Notes: generated from the sequence alone by a model not told the origin. Shown: positions 8,819-19,589, numbered from the stretch's first letter. The stretch is 64,000 bases of DNA from Candidatus Cloacimonadales bacterium (GCA_963662585.1 OY759729.1:416001-480000), one strand, 5' to 3'. A program made the numbers and translations.

Positions 8819-10021
8819 ATGTTCTCAGACGGCTCAACTGGATTTATGCTGGTTGCAACAAGTTTAGTAATGCTTATGACACCTGGATTAGCTTTTTTCT
8901 ATGGTGGACTAGCTTCTAAACGAAATATTCTTGGTATAATGATGCAAAGTTTTGTATCATTAGGTGTAACAACAATCCTCTGGTATGCCTTCGGGTATTC
9001 CCTCTGTTTTAGCGGTGCAGGAGCAATTATTGGAAATTTCGATAAGAGCTTCCTGATGGGAGTCGATCTTCTTACTCCGTTTGGAGATGGTGCGATTCCT
9101 GAATTCGTTTTCTTTTCCTATCAAATGATGTTCGCTATCATCACCCCTGCCTTAATTACAGGTGCTTTTACTGGTAGAGTATCTTTCAAAGCTTACCTAC
9201 TATTCTTAGTATTTTGGCAGATCTTCGTCTATTACCCATTTGTTCACATGATCTGGGGTGGTGGAATTCTTGCTCAGTGGGGTGTAAGAGACTTTGCAGG
9301 AGGAATAGTAGTACATATCACTGCTGGTTTCGCTGCTTTAGCTTCTGTTATCTTTGTGGGTGAAAGAAAAGATAGAAACTCTAAACCTAATAGTATCCCA
9401 TTGGTAGCTATTGGAACTGGTTTACTCTGGTTCGGCTGGTATGGTTTTAACGCGGGTAGTGAGCTCAGAGTTGATCATATTACAGCTCAAGCCTTTGTTA
9501 ATACTGATATAGCCGCCTCTTTCGCTACTATCACTTGGTTAATTATTGAATGGTCTCGTGAAAAGAAACCTAAATTCGTAGGACTTATGACAGGTGCAGT
9601 TGCCGGTTTGGCAACTATTACCCCAGCTGCAGGCTTTGTTCCTGCCTGGGCTGCTGCTCTTATAGGTATTTTAGCTGGTCTTGGTTGCTATTTTGCTGTT
9701 GCCCTCAAGAACAGACTCAAATGGGACGATGCTCTCGATGTTTGGGGTGTTCATGGTATGGGTGGATTCATTGGTACCGTATTACTCGGAGTTTTTGCTA
9801 GTACAACTCTCAATCCCGCCGGAGCTGATGGACTATTGTACGGAAATTCTGCTTTCTTCTTCAAACAGTTAACTACAGCTGTTGGAACTGCTATCTATGC
9901 TTACCTCTTTACTTATGCTATGCTTTGGATTATTAATAAAATAACCATTGTTAGAGTATGTGAAGAACATGAAGGTGAAGGATTAGATAAATCAATTCAT
10001 GAAGAAGATGCTTACGCATAA
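8819..10021 (+). CDS. amtB: Ammonium transporter
   Basis: MTPGLAFFYGG, DFAGGIVVH, WFGWYGFNAGS and DDALDVWGVHG motifs. Confidence 0.97.
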   Translation: MFSDGSTGFMLVATSLVMLMTPGLAFFYGGLASKRNILGIMMQSFVSLGVTTILWYAFGYSLCFSGAGAIIGNFDKSFLMGVDLLTPFGDGAIPEFVFFSYQMMFAIITPALITGAFTGRVSFKAYLLFLVFWQIFVYYPFVHMIWGGGILAQWGVRDFAGGIVVHITAGFAALASVIFVGERKDRNSKPNSIPLVAIGTGLLWFGWYGFNAGSELRVDHITAQAFVNTDIAASFATITWLIIEWSREKKPKFVGLMTGAVAGLATITPAAGFVPAWAAALIGILAGLGCYFAVALKNRLKWDDALDVWGVHGMGGFIGTVLLGVFASTTLNPAGADGLLYGNSAFFFKQLTTAVGTAIYAYLFTYAMLWIINKITIVRVCEEHEGEGLDKSIHEEDAYA

Positions 10022-10054
10022 ATAGATATTTAACAATATATAAAACCTAACAAA

Positions 10055-10087
10055 AATCCCTCTCATAATTAACTTATGGGAGGGATT
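10055..10087. terminator. Probable bidirectional terminator
   Basis: AATCCCTCTCATAA...TTATGGGAGGGATT hairpin between convergent genes. Confidence 0.65.
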
Positions 10088-10111
10088 ATAATTTCTAGAA
10101 CTTTATATTAG

Positions 10112-13100
10112 TTATTTTTTCACTAACATATCTCTTTGGCTTTTAACTTTCTTAGCTTCTTTAAAATCATCTTGATCAAGCAATGAATCATTTAATTCAA
10201 TGTTTTGAATAAAATCATCAGCACGATTATTCCAATTTGAAACTTCAGCCATAGAAACAGGGATTAGTGAGATTTCTGCTAAAGTGTTGATTAGCATATC
10301 TTGCAAGATACTATTTTTGGCATTACTAAAGACTTTAACCCTCATATCATCGGCAAAAGCAAGTCCATCAATCTCCAGGTATGAAGCTTTAGGAATAAAG
10401 ATATCTACAAGAGAGCTCTTAACAAAAGTATCACTAATTAAGATAGTGAATCTTTCCTTATTAAATTCATGAGGTAAATCTCCATAATAGATATCAGCAT
10501 TGAAGTTATTCTTCTTATGACTCTCCAGATTAAAGAATGCTAAACTTCTGATATTATTCCATTTTGAAGTTGGATAAATATAGCTAGCAATAGCAAAATC
10601 AGGAAGTTGAATAGCTAAGTTATAAATCTCTTTTGCAACTTCTAATTCTATGTTATCCAAGTTATAAATAAAGATAGTTTTTGCTTTAATATTTCCAGCT
10701 AATTCATTTATATTATGATATTTATAATCAGCAAATTTAACAAAATCCACATCAGGATAATTAACTAAAGTAAGCTTTTTACCTTTGCGTTGTTCAAGTC
10801 TGATTAAGGTTCTAAGAGTTTGAGAAATCTCCCCTACCACGATATAATTTTCTGCTTGAGCAAGTTTTTCTTTATCCACTATGGTATAGCTCTTAGTAAG
10901 CAAGACCTGATGGAAGCTATCAAGTTCTTGTAACCAGCTAATAGCTTGTTTTTGAGAATTTGCTAACTCTTGTCCGAGCAGAATCTCTTCGATAGTTAAA
11001 TTAGGAGAAAGAATAGTTTGATATCCCTCTTTTAACTTATCTTTAAGAATTGTCTGAAGTTGAGGATAATCAATTTCTTCCCATTTACCGCTGTCATTAA
11101 CAAGAGGAAGAGTCGGTTTAGCATCAAGCTTTTGCCAGCCAAAACGACCTTTATAGCAGAGGTTTCTTCCATTAAAACTATCATCTAAGTTATATTGCAT
11201 TGGTAAGAATTCTGCAGGGCTTTCAGCAGGTGTTGCAATAGTGGTTACCTTGTCGGTATGAATATCAACTAAGATATCACAACCACTTCCACACATACCG
11301 CAAGATTGAATTACTTTATTATTTTCTAAAGGATTTTGCTTATAGTTAAGATTCTTAGGAAGTAAAGCACCTGTAGGACAGACAGCTATACATTTTCCAC
11401 AGGATTCACAAGTAGTATTATTAAGACTTTCTCCAAATTCTGGAGCAACTAATGTTTTAAAGCCTCTGAAGATATAACCAAGAACACCAGCACCTTGAAT
11501 TTCAGCACAAGTACGGACACAGCGTCCGCAGTTCACGCATTTATTGGCATCACGCAAAATGAATTCATGAGAATCATCAATAGGATGTTCATTCTTACTT
11601 CCGACAAATATATCTTGAGTAACATCATAATCTGAAGCATATTTACGCAAAGCACAAGTTTTATTTACTTGACAGCCACACTCTAAACAGCGCTTAGCTT
11701 CTTGGATAGCAGCTTCTTCAGAAAATCCTGTCTCTACTTCCTTGAATGTTGCTTTAGCTTGTGAAACTTCAATCTCAGGCATTTTAGCTCTTGGTGCTTC
11801 TTCAATATCAGCATACAATTCTTTTTTTATATCTTCAAGTTTATGGGCTTTTATTGAGTTAAATATATACTTTTTAGCTTGAATATCTTCTCCCTGTAAG
11901 AATTTAGCAATAGTTTCAGCTGCTATTTTACCATCAGCAATAGCTTCTACTGCTGTAGCAGGACCTCTTCTTACATCACCACCAGCAAAGACATTACCTA
12001 GTCCAGTGTACATAGTAGTTTCAGAAGAGTTAAGGGTATTCCATCGGGTGAATGGAAGTTCTTTACCATCGATATAATTATCTTCTCCTAGCATGAAATC
12101 TAGTTGAGGTTTTTGCGAAATTGCAGCAACTACAGAATCAAAATCAATAATTTCAAACTCACCAGTAGGCTTAGGAGATCTTCTACCTGAAGCATCAGGC
12201 TCACCAAGGACCATCTTCTCTAGTTTAATCTGTTTTAGTCTACCATTTTCACCAAAATACTCCACAGGATTAGTGAGTAATCTAAATTCTACACCTTCAT
12301 GTTCTGCTGCTTCTATTTCAAAAGCTTCAGCAGGCATTTGCTCTTTAGCTCTACGATAAATAATTGTAGCTTGAGCACCTAATCTAGTAGCTGTTCTTAC
12401 ACAGTCAATTGCAGTATTTCCACCTCCGATAACAGCCATTTTCTTTCCTATTTCAGGAGGATTTCCTAAAGCACAATCTTTAAGAAAATCAACCCCAAGA
12501 TAGCATCCCTTTAGATGACTTCCTGGGACAGGCATGGCCACAGCCTCAGAAGCACCAATAGCAACATAAACAGCATCATATTCTGCTCTGAGTTCTTTAA
12601 AACTAATATCTTTGCCTATTTCAACATCACATTCTATTTCCATGCCATTAGCACACATAATCTCAATTTCAGTATCTAATATTTCTTTAGGTAAACGATA
12701 TTCAGGAATACCATAGCGTAACCAACCACCTGCTTTTGGCATTGATTCAAATACTTTTACTTGATAGCCTTGATTAGAGAGGTAATAGCCACATGTTAGA
12801 CCTGAAGGACCTCCACCAATGATAGCTATTTTCTTATCTTTATTCTCTTCTCTTTCTGGAACAAAGGTCCAATAATCTTGAGCATCATAATCTGCAGCAA
12901 ATCTTTTTAACTGGCGAATAGCTATTGATTCATCAATAACTTGCCTTCTACAATCTTCTTCACAGAATGCAGGACAAACTCTACCAATTGATAAAGGCAT
13001 TGGTAACTGTTCTTTAATCAGCTTTACCGCTTCGTGATATTGCTTGTTTGCTATTAAGGAAACATAGGATTGAACATCTATTTTTGCTGGACAAGCTAAT

Positions 13101-13408
13101 TTACAAGGTGCTTCACAATCAGCATAGTGATCAGACAAAAGAAGTTCTAAGGCCATTTTACGAGCTTTTTTAACTTCTACTCCTTCTGTATCTACTACCA
13201 TACCTTCGGTAATAGTAGTACCACAAGAGGTAACAAATCCTTTTCTTCCTTCTACTTTTACTGCACAAACCCAGCATGAGCCATAAGGCTTTAATTCTTC
13301 ATCATGACAAAGGGTAGGAATTTCAAAACCTTCTCTTCTTGCTACATCTAATATTGTTGAACCCTCTGGGGCTAATACTTCTTTATTATTAAGTTTAATT
13401 TTTATCAT
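10112..13408 (-). CDS. Large Fe-S flavoprotein (2Fe-2S + GltD-like FAD/NADP domain + NuoG-like 4Fe-4S + degenerate molybdopterin-enzyme domain); StnC-like
   Basis: IPTLC...CWVC, APCKLACP, GRVCPAFCE, GGGPSG, GGGNTA, CVNCGRCVRTC, CESCGKCIAVCP, CGMCGSGC...LCYKGRFG. Confidence 0.88.
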   Translation of the reverse strand: MIKIKLNNKEVLAPEGSTILDVARREGFEIPTLCHDEELKPYGSCWVCAVKVEGRKGFVTSCGTTITEGMVVDTEGVEVKKARKMALELLLSDHYADCEAPCKLACPAKIDVQSYVSLIANKQYHEAVKLIKEQLPMPLSIGRVCPAFCEEDCRRQVIDESIAIRQLKRFAADYDAQDYWTFVPEREENKDKKIAIIGGGPSGLTCGYYLSNQGYQVKVFESMPKAGGWLRYGIPEYRLPKEILDTEIEIMCANGMEIECDVEIGKDISFKELRAEYDAVYVAIGASEAVAMPVPGSHLKGCYLGVDFLKDCALGNPPEIGKKMAVIGGGNTAIDCVRTATRLGAQATIIYRRAKEQMPAEAFEIEAAEHEGVEFRLLTNPVEYFGENGRLKQIKLEKMVLGEPDASGRRSPKPTGEFEIIDFDSVVAAISQKPQLDFMLGEDNYIDGKELPFTRWNTLNSSETTMYTGLGNVFAGGDVRRGPATAVEAIADGKIAAETIAKFLQGEDIQAKKYIFNSIKAHKLEDIKKELYADIEEAPRAKMPEIEVSQAKATFKEVETGFSEEAAIQEAKRCLECGCQVNKTCALRKYASDYDVTQDIFVGSKNEHPIDDSHEFILRDANKCVNCGRCVRTCAEIQGAGVLGYIFRGFKTLVAPEFGESLNNTTCESCGKCIAVCPTGALLPKNLNYKQNPLENNKVIQSCGMCGSGCDILVDIHTDKVTTIATPAESPAEFLPMQYNLDDSFNGRNLCYKGRFGWQKLDAKPTLPLVNDSGKWEEIDYPQLQTILKDKLKEGYQTILSPNLTIEEILLGQELANSQKQAISWLQELDSFHQVLLTKSYTIVDKEKLAQAENYIVVGEISQTLRTLIRLEQRKGKKLTLVNYPDVDFVKFADYKYHNINELAGNIKAKTIFIYNLDNIELEVAKEIYNLAIQLPDFAIASYIYPTSKWNNIRSLAFFNLESHKKNNFNADIYYGDLPHEFNKERFTILISDTFVKSSLVDIFIPKASYLEIDGLAFADDMRVKVFSNAKNSILQDMLINTLAEISLIPVSMAEVSNWNNRADDFIQNIELNDSLLDQDDFKEAKKVKSQRDMLVKK

Positions 13409-13416
13409 TCTTTCTC

Positions 13417-15186
13417 CTATCTAATCTCTATAGCTGAGAATTTACAAGCTTTATAACAAGAACCACACTTGATACAGCTATCTTGATCAATTAGATGAGC
13501 TTTCTTTACCTGGCCACTTATACACTTGGTCGGGCAGACCCTAGCACAAGCAGTACAACCGATACACTTATCTTCTATAATATGATAAGTTAAGAGATCG
13601 GTACATACTAGAGCAGGACATTTTTTCTCTACAATATGAGCTTCATACTCTTCCCTGAAATATCTTAGTGTTGTTAAAACAGGATTAGGAGCTGTCTGCC
13701 CTAAGCCACAAAGTGAAGTTGTAATAATCTTTTCTGATAGATTTTCTAAAGTCTCAATATCTTTCTCTTCCCCTCGTCCTGAAGTTATCTTTTCTAAGAT
13801 TTCCAACATTCTTTTGGTACCAATTCTACAAAATGTACATTTTCCACAAGATTCATTTTGAGTGAAATTTAAGAAGAATTTTGCTACATCGACCATGCAA
13901 GTATCGTAATCCATTACTACCATACCACCAGAACCCATGATTGCTCCAGTTTGGCTGATAGAATCATAGTCCACAATAGTATCTAAGAGAGAAGCAGGAA
14001 CACAACCTCCTGAAGGTCCTCCTAGCTGTACAGCTTTAAAAGGTGAAGAAGTCTTCATTCCTCCACCAACTTTATAAATCACATCTTTTAAAGTTATTCC
14101 CATTGGTACTTCTATCAAGCCAGAGTTTCTAATTTTACCTGCCAAAGCAAAGACTTTTGTTCCCTTAGACTTTTCAGTACCAAGTTTAGCAAATTCTTCA
14201 GCGCCGTTAAGAATGATCCAAGTAATATTCGCCCAAGTCTCAACATTATTTATATTGGTAGGATATTGCCATAAACCAGATTCTGCAGGGAAAGGAGGGC
14301 GTAAGTTTGGCATTCCGCGTTTACCTTCCACCGAAGCCATTAAGGCAGTTTCTTCTCCACAAACAAAAGCACCAGCACCTTCTTTGATATGAAGATGGAA
14401 GTTAAAATCACTTCCTAAAATTTTATCTCCTAGGAAACCTCTCTCCTCAGCTTGTTTAATAGCAATATTTAAATGTTTTATAGCTAAAGGATATTCAGCT
14501 CTAACATAAAGATATCCCTCATCAGCACCGATAGCATAAGCACCGATAATCATTCCTTCTATAATAGCATGAGGATCACCTTCTAAGACTGAACGATCCA
14601 TAAAAGCACCAGGATCACCTTCATCAGCATTACAAATTACGAATTTCTTGTCACTCTTGTTATTAAAGGCAAATCGCCATTTTAATCCAGTAGGAAAACC
14701 TGCTCCACCGCGACCTCTAAGTCCTGAATCAGTAATAGTATTAATAATCTCTTCACCTGTTAAGCTGATAGCTTTTTTAAGGGCAGAATAACCATCACGA
14801 GCGATATATTCATCAATTATTACTGGGTCGATAACTCCACAATTTCTAAGAACAATGCGAGTTTGGGATTCTAACAAGTAATTTTCAGGAGCATCTATCT
14901 TATTTGAATAGATTAACTTAGGATGACTAATCTCACCTTCTAAAAGTGTAGAGAAGATAGATTCTAAATCTTCAAGAACTAAATCACCATATACTGAATC
15001 TGTCCCTTCATCAGTTACTACTTCAATTAATGGTTCAGCATGACACATGCCGTTACAGGCAGTATGCTTAAGCTCAAAATTGTATTTGTCTTCTGCTATC
15101 AAGCGTTTTGCTTCATCATAAATTAACTGGGCTCCAGCAGCTAAACCACAAGAGGCCATTCCAACTTTAATCTGTATCTTAGTCAT
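13417..15186 (-). CDS. NuoF/HydB-like NADH-binding flavoprotein subunit (StnB-like)
   Basis: GLRGRGGAGFPTG, CNADEGDPGA, CGEETAL, ESCGKCTFCR, C-terminal 2x[4Fe-4S]. Confidence 0.95.
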   Translation of the reverse strand: MTKIQIKVGMASCGLAAGAQLIYDEAKRLIAEDKYNFELKHTACNGMCHAEPLIEVVTDEGTDSVYGDLVLEDLESIFSTLLEGEISHPKLIYSNKIDAPENYLLESQTRIVLRNCGVIDPVIIDEYIARDGYSALKKAISLTGEEIINTITDSGLRGRGGAGFPTGLKWRFAFNNKSDKKFVICNADEGDPGAFMDRSVLEGDPHAIIEGMIIGAYAIGADEGYLYVRAEYPLAIKHLNIAIKQAEERGFLGDKILGSDFNFHLHIKEGAGAFVCGEETALMASVEGKRGMPNLRPPFPAESGLWQYPTNINNVETWANITWIILNGAEEFAKLGTEKSKGTKVFALAGKIRNSGLIEVPMGITLKDVIYKVGGGMKTSSPFKAVQLGGPSGGCVPASLLDTIVDYDSISQTGAIMGSGGMVVMDYDTCMVDVAKFFLNFTQNESCGKCTFCRIGTKRMLEILEKITSGRGEEKDIETLENLSEKIITTSLCGLGQTAPNPVLTTLRYFREEYEAHIVEKKCPALVCTDLLTYHIIEDKCIGCTACARVCPTKCISGQVKKAHLIDQDSCIKCGSCYKACKFSAIEIR

Positions 15187-15649
15187 TATTCACCTCTTTC
15201 TTAAAGCTTTCAATAATTTGAGGAATTTTAGCAGAAGTTAGTTTTCCATAAGTTTTATCCTCAATCATAATCACTGGAGCTAAAGAACAGCAACCTAAGC
15301 AGGCTACTTCTAAAATAGTAAAGAGGTTATCTTGGGTAGTATCTTCATCAGCACCAAGATTTAAGCTTTCTTTCAAGGCTTCAAGAATAGTTTTAGCTCC
15401 TGAAACATGACAAGCAGTACCTTTACAAATTCTAATAGTATATTTTCCTTGAGGTTTTAAGCGGAACATAGAATAAAATGTAGCTACTCCATAAATCTCG
15501 GCTACAGGAATATTTGTTAATTCAGAAATAGTTTTGATTGTTTCGCGAGAAAGATATGATTCAGCTCGCTGAACTTCTTGGAGAATAGGTATTAATGACC
15601 CTTTTTTATTATTATACTTAGCAACAATATCATTTAAATTAGCAGACAT
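15179..15649 (-). CDS. NuoE/HydC-like 2Fe-2S subunit (StnA-like)
   Basis: CKGTAC and CLGCCSLAP motifs. Confidence 0.95.
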   Translation of the reverse strand: MSANLNDIVAKYNNKKGSLIPILQEVQRAESYLSRETIKTISELTNIPVAEIYGVATFYSMFRLKPQGKYTIRICKGTACHVSGAKTILEALKESLNLGADEDTTQDNLFTILEVACLGCCSLAPVIMIEDKTYGKLTSAKIPQIIESFKKEVNND

Positions 15650-15662
15650 CTAATTTCTCCCT

Positions 15663-16097
15663 CTATAATTTCTTTTTAAATTTTTCTACCAACTCTCTTG
15701 CTTCAGGAGTCCTTTCTATAAACTCTACAAAGGCAAACATTCTGTTAAAAGTCTCCAAACTAATATCATGTTCTACTAAACAGGCATCAGCATCTGCTTG
15801 AGAATGTTCTATTCCTAGGACTTCATTAAAAAAACGAGTAAGAGTTAAATGTCTGCGGTATATTTTACCTGCAAACTCTCTTCCTTTGTCGGTCAAAGTT
15901 ATCTCTTTATATTTTTCATAGACAATTAATTCTTCTTCAGCAAGCTTTCTGAGAGCAGAAACAACTGAAGGCTTTTTAACACCTAGCTTTAAAGCTAAAT
16001 CAGTTACTCTGATCTTTTCATTGGAAAGACCCAATAGTAATATTCTCTCTAAATAATCTTCTAAGCTTTTACCTAAATTTAACCACTCACTACTCAT
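15663..16097 (-). CDS. DtxR/MntR-family metal-dependent regulator
   Basis: EDYLE, wHTH (LGVKKPSV), RRH, DACLVEH. Confidence 0.92.
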   Translation of the reverse strand: MSSEWLNLGKSLEDYLERILLLGLSNEKIRVTDLALKLGVKKPSVVSALRKLAEEELIVYEKYKEITLTDKGREFAGKIYRRHLTLTRFFNEVLGIEHSQADADACLVEHDISLETFNRMFAFVEFIERTPEARELVEKFKKKL

Positions 16098-16146
16098 TTT
16101 CCATCCTTTGTGATTTATTAATTCTTAATTATTATCATTTTATAAA

Positions 16147-16186
16147 TAAGATATGACAGAATAATCTGTTATTCTGTCATATCTTA
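16147..16186 (-). terminator. Perfect 18-bp-stem hairpin, probable terminator
   Basis: TAAGATATGACAGAATAA-tctg-TTATTCTGTCATATCTTA just downstream of the 16209-17033 gene. Confidence 0.55.
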
Positions 16187-16208
16187 CTAGTCTTTCACGA
16201 TAAGGAAC

Positions 16209-17033
16209 CTACTTAATTTTCAAAATCTGAGCCAATTTGCCTCCCATAATGGAGACATTAGGATTAGAATCTTTTTTCCACTCTTTTACAGTACGAGTTG
16301 TTACTTTTACAAATTCTGCAGATTTGTCACGATTACTTTGCTGAGTAATAATATTAGCAAGCTTTTTCATGCTTACCCAAATTGTCTTAATTCTCTTATC
16401 ATCTGCATCACTTAGCCACTCCTTAACTACTGGGTAGCACTTATTAGGTTTGGAACGGCCAACTTGAGTTAGAATATGAGTAATTTTCTTTTGGACTTCT
16501 AAAGATTCATCATCAATCATATTACCAATAAAGGACATAATGAATTTTGGATCACTTGAAGCGATGTTCTCCATTCCGTGTAAAGAAAGAGATCTTTTAA
16601 CTTCATCTTTATCTTTTTGCCATTGGGGCATATATTTCTTCATGGTTTTAGGATGTTTTTTCCACATATTAAGAGCTAAGGTTTCTGCTTCCCATGGAAC
16701 TTTATCGTAGTATTTATCCAAAACAATTATTACTTCTTCAGCATTTGTAGTATCTTTGTAATAGAAATAAAAAAGGGCAGTTGCTCTAATACCATAGATT
16801 TTGTGTTTAAGCATTTTATGACAAACTTCATCCATTATCTCTTTATCTTCACAATCAGCTAGTAACTTACCTAATTCTTCTCTAACAAAATAATTAGCAG
16901 TATTAGCAATTAGATTTATTCTTCTTGCTACAGAAGTGAGTTTCTTTTTTTCAACTTGCTCAAAGATTTCGGCAACTTTTAGTCGTAATTCCTTCATATC
17001 TTCTGGTGTTAAACGACCTACTTGTCTAAACAT
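16209..17033 (-). CDS. HEAT-repeat protein (AlkD/DNA alkylation repair-like fold)
   Basis: All-helical repeats (DESLEVQKKITHILTQVGR; W..D....R pattern). Confidence 0.6.
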   Translation of the reverse strand: MFRQVGRLTPEDMKELRLKVAEIFEQVEKKKLTSVARRINLIANTANYFVREELGKLLADCEDKEIMDEVCHKMLKHKIYGIRATALFYFYYKDTTNAEEVIIVLDKYYDKVPWEAETLALNMWKKHPKTMKKYMPQWQKDKDEVKRSLSLHGMENIASSDPKFIMSFIGNMIDDESLEVQKKITHILTQVGRSKPNKCYPVVKEWLSDADDKRIKTIWVSMKKLANIITQQSNRDKSAEFVKVTTRTVKEWKKDSNPNVSIMGGKLAQILKIK

Positions 17034-17375
17034 ATAGTATCTCCTGTAAAAATTTACATCAATATTTGATTCAATACAAATTATTGTTATTTTTTATTTA
17101 TTGTTATTTTTTTTGTAAGTTCTAGTTATAAATATTTTTTTTTATTAAGAATAAAACCTTGTACAATTTTGTGTACCAACAGAACTTTAACTAAGATTTA
17201 TATTAAATATTTTTATGTCAAGTTTTTTATTTAAAGGCTTTTCTTTTTTCTTTAGCTCAGATGAGGGAGTAAACTTTCTTATAATCTAAATTGAAGAACC
17301 TTACCTACATCTAGCACCTTAACTAAACTATAATTAGCATTACTTCCATCAGACATCAACAAAGAAACAAAAGTC

Positions 17376-18233
17376 TTATTCTAAGTTAAGTTTATAGTAG
17401 GCCCTTGACCTAAATTCTCTAAACTTAGCTTTATTTAAAATAATAGGCCGATATTCATTCAAAACATCAATCGTTTTTTGATATTTCCCTAGTTTGTAAA
17501 GAACATCGCAATATTCAAAAATTATGATTTCAAAAGGAGAATCTAGTTCTAAAATCTCTTGATAAACTTCTTCAGCTTTTTTATAATTCTTTATTTTATA
17601 GAGAGAATGGGCATATTTTTTATAGTATTGGATTCGTTCAATTTCGACATTTTTAATCTTAGATAAATGATAGGCAGATTCCAGAAAATTACCTTTTTCA
17701 AAAAAGTCGTTACCGATTAGATAATGGTAATAATCATCTTCCCCATACTTTTTTTTATAATTTCCCAGTTCAACTTTTACTTTATCAAAGACATCTGAAA
17801 AGGCAAGAATATCGATTATCAGTCTTAGAGCTTCTTTGGCTAGAATGTCACCCTCTAGCAGTGGTTTTGCTTCATCAATAGCCTTTTCAATCTGGTTCTT
17901 TCTAATGTAACATAAGGCTGCATTATAATAAGCTTCTGGATAAAGATGATTAACCTTATGAAACTGTTTTATAGCTAAATCAAACTGATAAATTCTCATT
18001 AAAGAGATAGCTAGAATAAAGATAACATTAGGATCAAGTTCTGAAATCTTCTCAGCTCTTTTAAGATATTTTATCCCCTCTTTATCTTCTTTAATGCTAC
18101 ATAGATGTTTTCCTAATGCTTCCAAATAAGCAAAATTATTAGGATCTTCTGTTATAGCTTTCTTGATTAGATGTATAGCCTTAAGAGAATTTTTCTCTTT
18201 AAAATGCTCAAATTTTATTAAGATACTATCCAT
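17376..18233 (-). CDS. Tetratricopeptide repeat protein
   Basis: Repeated TPR patterns (EAYYNAALCY, LYKLGKYQKT). Confidence 0.85.
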   Translation of the reverse strand: MDSILIKFEHFKEKNSLKAIHLIKKAITEDPNNFAYLEALGKHLCSIKEDKEGIKYLKRAEKISELDPNVIFILAISLMRIYQFDLAIKQFHKVNHLYPEAYYNAALCYIRKNQIEKAIDEAKPLLEGDILAKEALRLIIDILAFSDVFDKVKVELGNYKKKYGEDDYYHYLIGNDFFEKGNFLESAYHLSKIKNVEIERIQYYKKYAHSLYKIKNYKKAEEVYQEILELDSPFEIIIFEYCDVLYKLGKYQKTIDVLNEYRPIILNKAKFREFRSRAYYKLNLE

Positions 18234-18240
18234 AAATTAT

Positions 18241-19023
18241 TTAGCTGTAAAAATTAATGTATGACCAGTACATATCAAAGAGTTTGTATCCCCAGACTAT
18301 ATAAAACCAAGAAGCAATAACCAAGAAGGGTCCAAATGGAAAAAGTTTATCTTTGCTATACTTCATAAATACTGACATTGTTATCAGTCCAATCAGGCTT
18401 GCCAAAGCTACAATCATTACAAGATTCAAGGCACCTGTAAAGAAACCAATAGCTGAGATTAAAAGTACATCCCCAAAGCCTAGTCCTTCTCTTCCTCTTA
18501 GATAATAGTAGGCCATTGAAATTAAGACAAAGACAAGAAAACTTCCTGCCCCTCCGATTAAACCTCTACCAAGACTTACATCATTTCCTGCTATAAATAG
18601 CGAAATTAAACCCAAGACATTTAAAGGAATTGATAGTTTAAAAGGAATTCTCATGTGATATAAATCAATGAATATTATGATTATCCCGTAACTGAAAAAG
18701 ATTAAGTATTTAAAAAGTAAAAGAGGATTCTCATGACCAAATCTATAATAGACCAATAGATAGATCAAAGGAGTTAAAAATTCAACAATCACATAGTGCC
18801 AGCTTATTTTAGCCCCACAATTCCTACATTTACCTCTAAGAAATAACCAACTAAAGATCGGTACATTCAACCAAAATGGTATGGCATAATCACATTTAGG
18901 ACACCTTGAAGAAGGTATCAAAGATTTATTAATAGGTAAACGATAAATTACTACATTAAAAAAACTACCAAAGGCCATTCCTAACATAATTAGAAAGGCA
19001 ATAATTAACGGTTCAAGCCCCAA
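18241..19023 (-). CDS. pilD: Prepilin peptidase (A24)
   Basis: GSFFNVVIYRLP, two CxxC motifs, GFGDV, PFGPFL. Confidence 0.93.
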   Translation of the reverse strand: MGLEPLIIAFLIMLGMAFGSFFNVVIYRLPINKSLIPSSRCPKCDYAIPFWLNVPIFSWLFLRGKCRNCGAKISWHYVIVEFLTPLIYLLVYYRFGHENPLLLFKYLIFFSYGIIIIFIDLYHMRIPFKLSIPLNVLGLISLFIAGNDVSLGRGLIGGAGSFLVFVLISMAYYYLRGREGLGFGDVLLISAIGFFTGALNLVMIVALASLIGLITMSVFMKYSKDKLFPFGPFLVIASWFYIVWGYKLFDMYWSYINFYS

Positions 19024-19503
19024 CTAGTCCCTCCAAATACTATTTCTTCTGAAATAAGGATTTTCTGACGCCCCTCTATATACAAAATGAATTGAAGTAT
19101 TTTCTGTTGGACGATAATTAATAGAAAAATCAGGAACCATATCTGTTGAATTATCATCATTTGTTTCGATGTTAAATCCCTTGGTAACATTAGCAGTTCC
19201 AAAATTTGTTAAGTGTAAATCCACATTAATATCTAATTTATCATTTACTTGATAAGAGATATGATTTGTATAGCGTGATTGATAGAGTGATACACCTGAA
19301 GAATAGGCTGTTGAGAATGACATGCTATGATTCATCGTGTAATTATTAGGATTTAACAGAGAATAGTTATTGGGATTCCAAGTCCAATCGCCTGGTGACC
19401 AATTATTTGCCATAAAATTAGTCCCGTTAGCACCAAATTTTAATTGAGCAGTTAATAGGGTCATTAACACTAGAAATAGTGTTACTAATACAGTTTTTTT
19501 CAT
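19024..19503 (-). CDS. Exported hypothetical protein
   Basis: Signal peptide, GAGGAG RBS, beta-rich sequence; translationally adjacent to pilD. Confidence 0.7.
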   Translation of the reverse strand: MKKTVLVTLFLVLMTLLTAQLKFGANGTNFMANNWSPGDWTWNPNNYSLLNPNNYTMNHSMSFSTAYSSGVSLYQSRYTNHISYQVNDKLDINVDLHLTNFGTANVTKGFNIETNDDNSTDMVPDFSINYRPTENTSIHFVYRGASENPYFRRNSIWRD

Positions 19504-19589
19504 TTTATCTCCTCAAAAGATTTTAATCAGCAATGTTTCTCACTCTATTACCAAATTTAATTAAGTTAGAAAAAATGTCAAATTTTATT

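Noticed and set aside
10112..15649. [FeFe]-hydrogenase, formate dehydrogenase or complex I
   Set aside because: No H-cluster motifs, no recognisable Mo/W-ligand region or in-frame Sec codon, and no membrane Nuo subunits.
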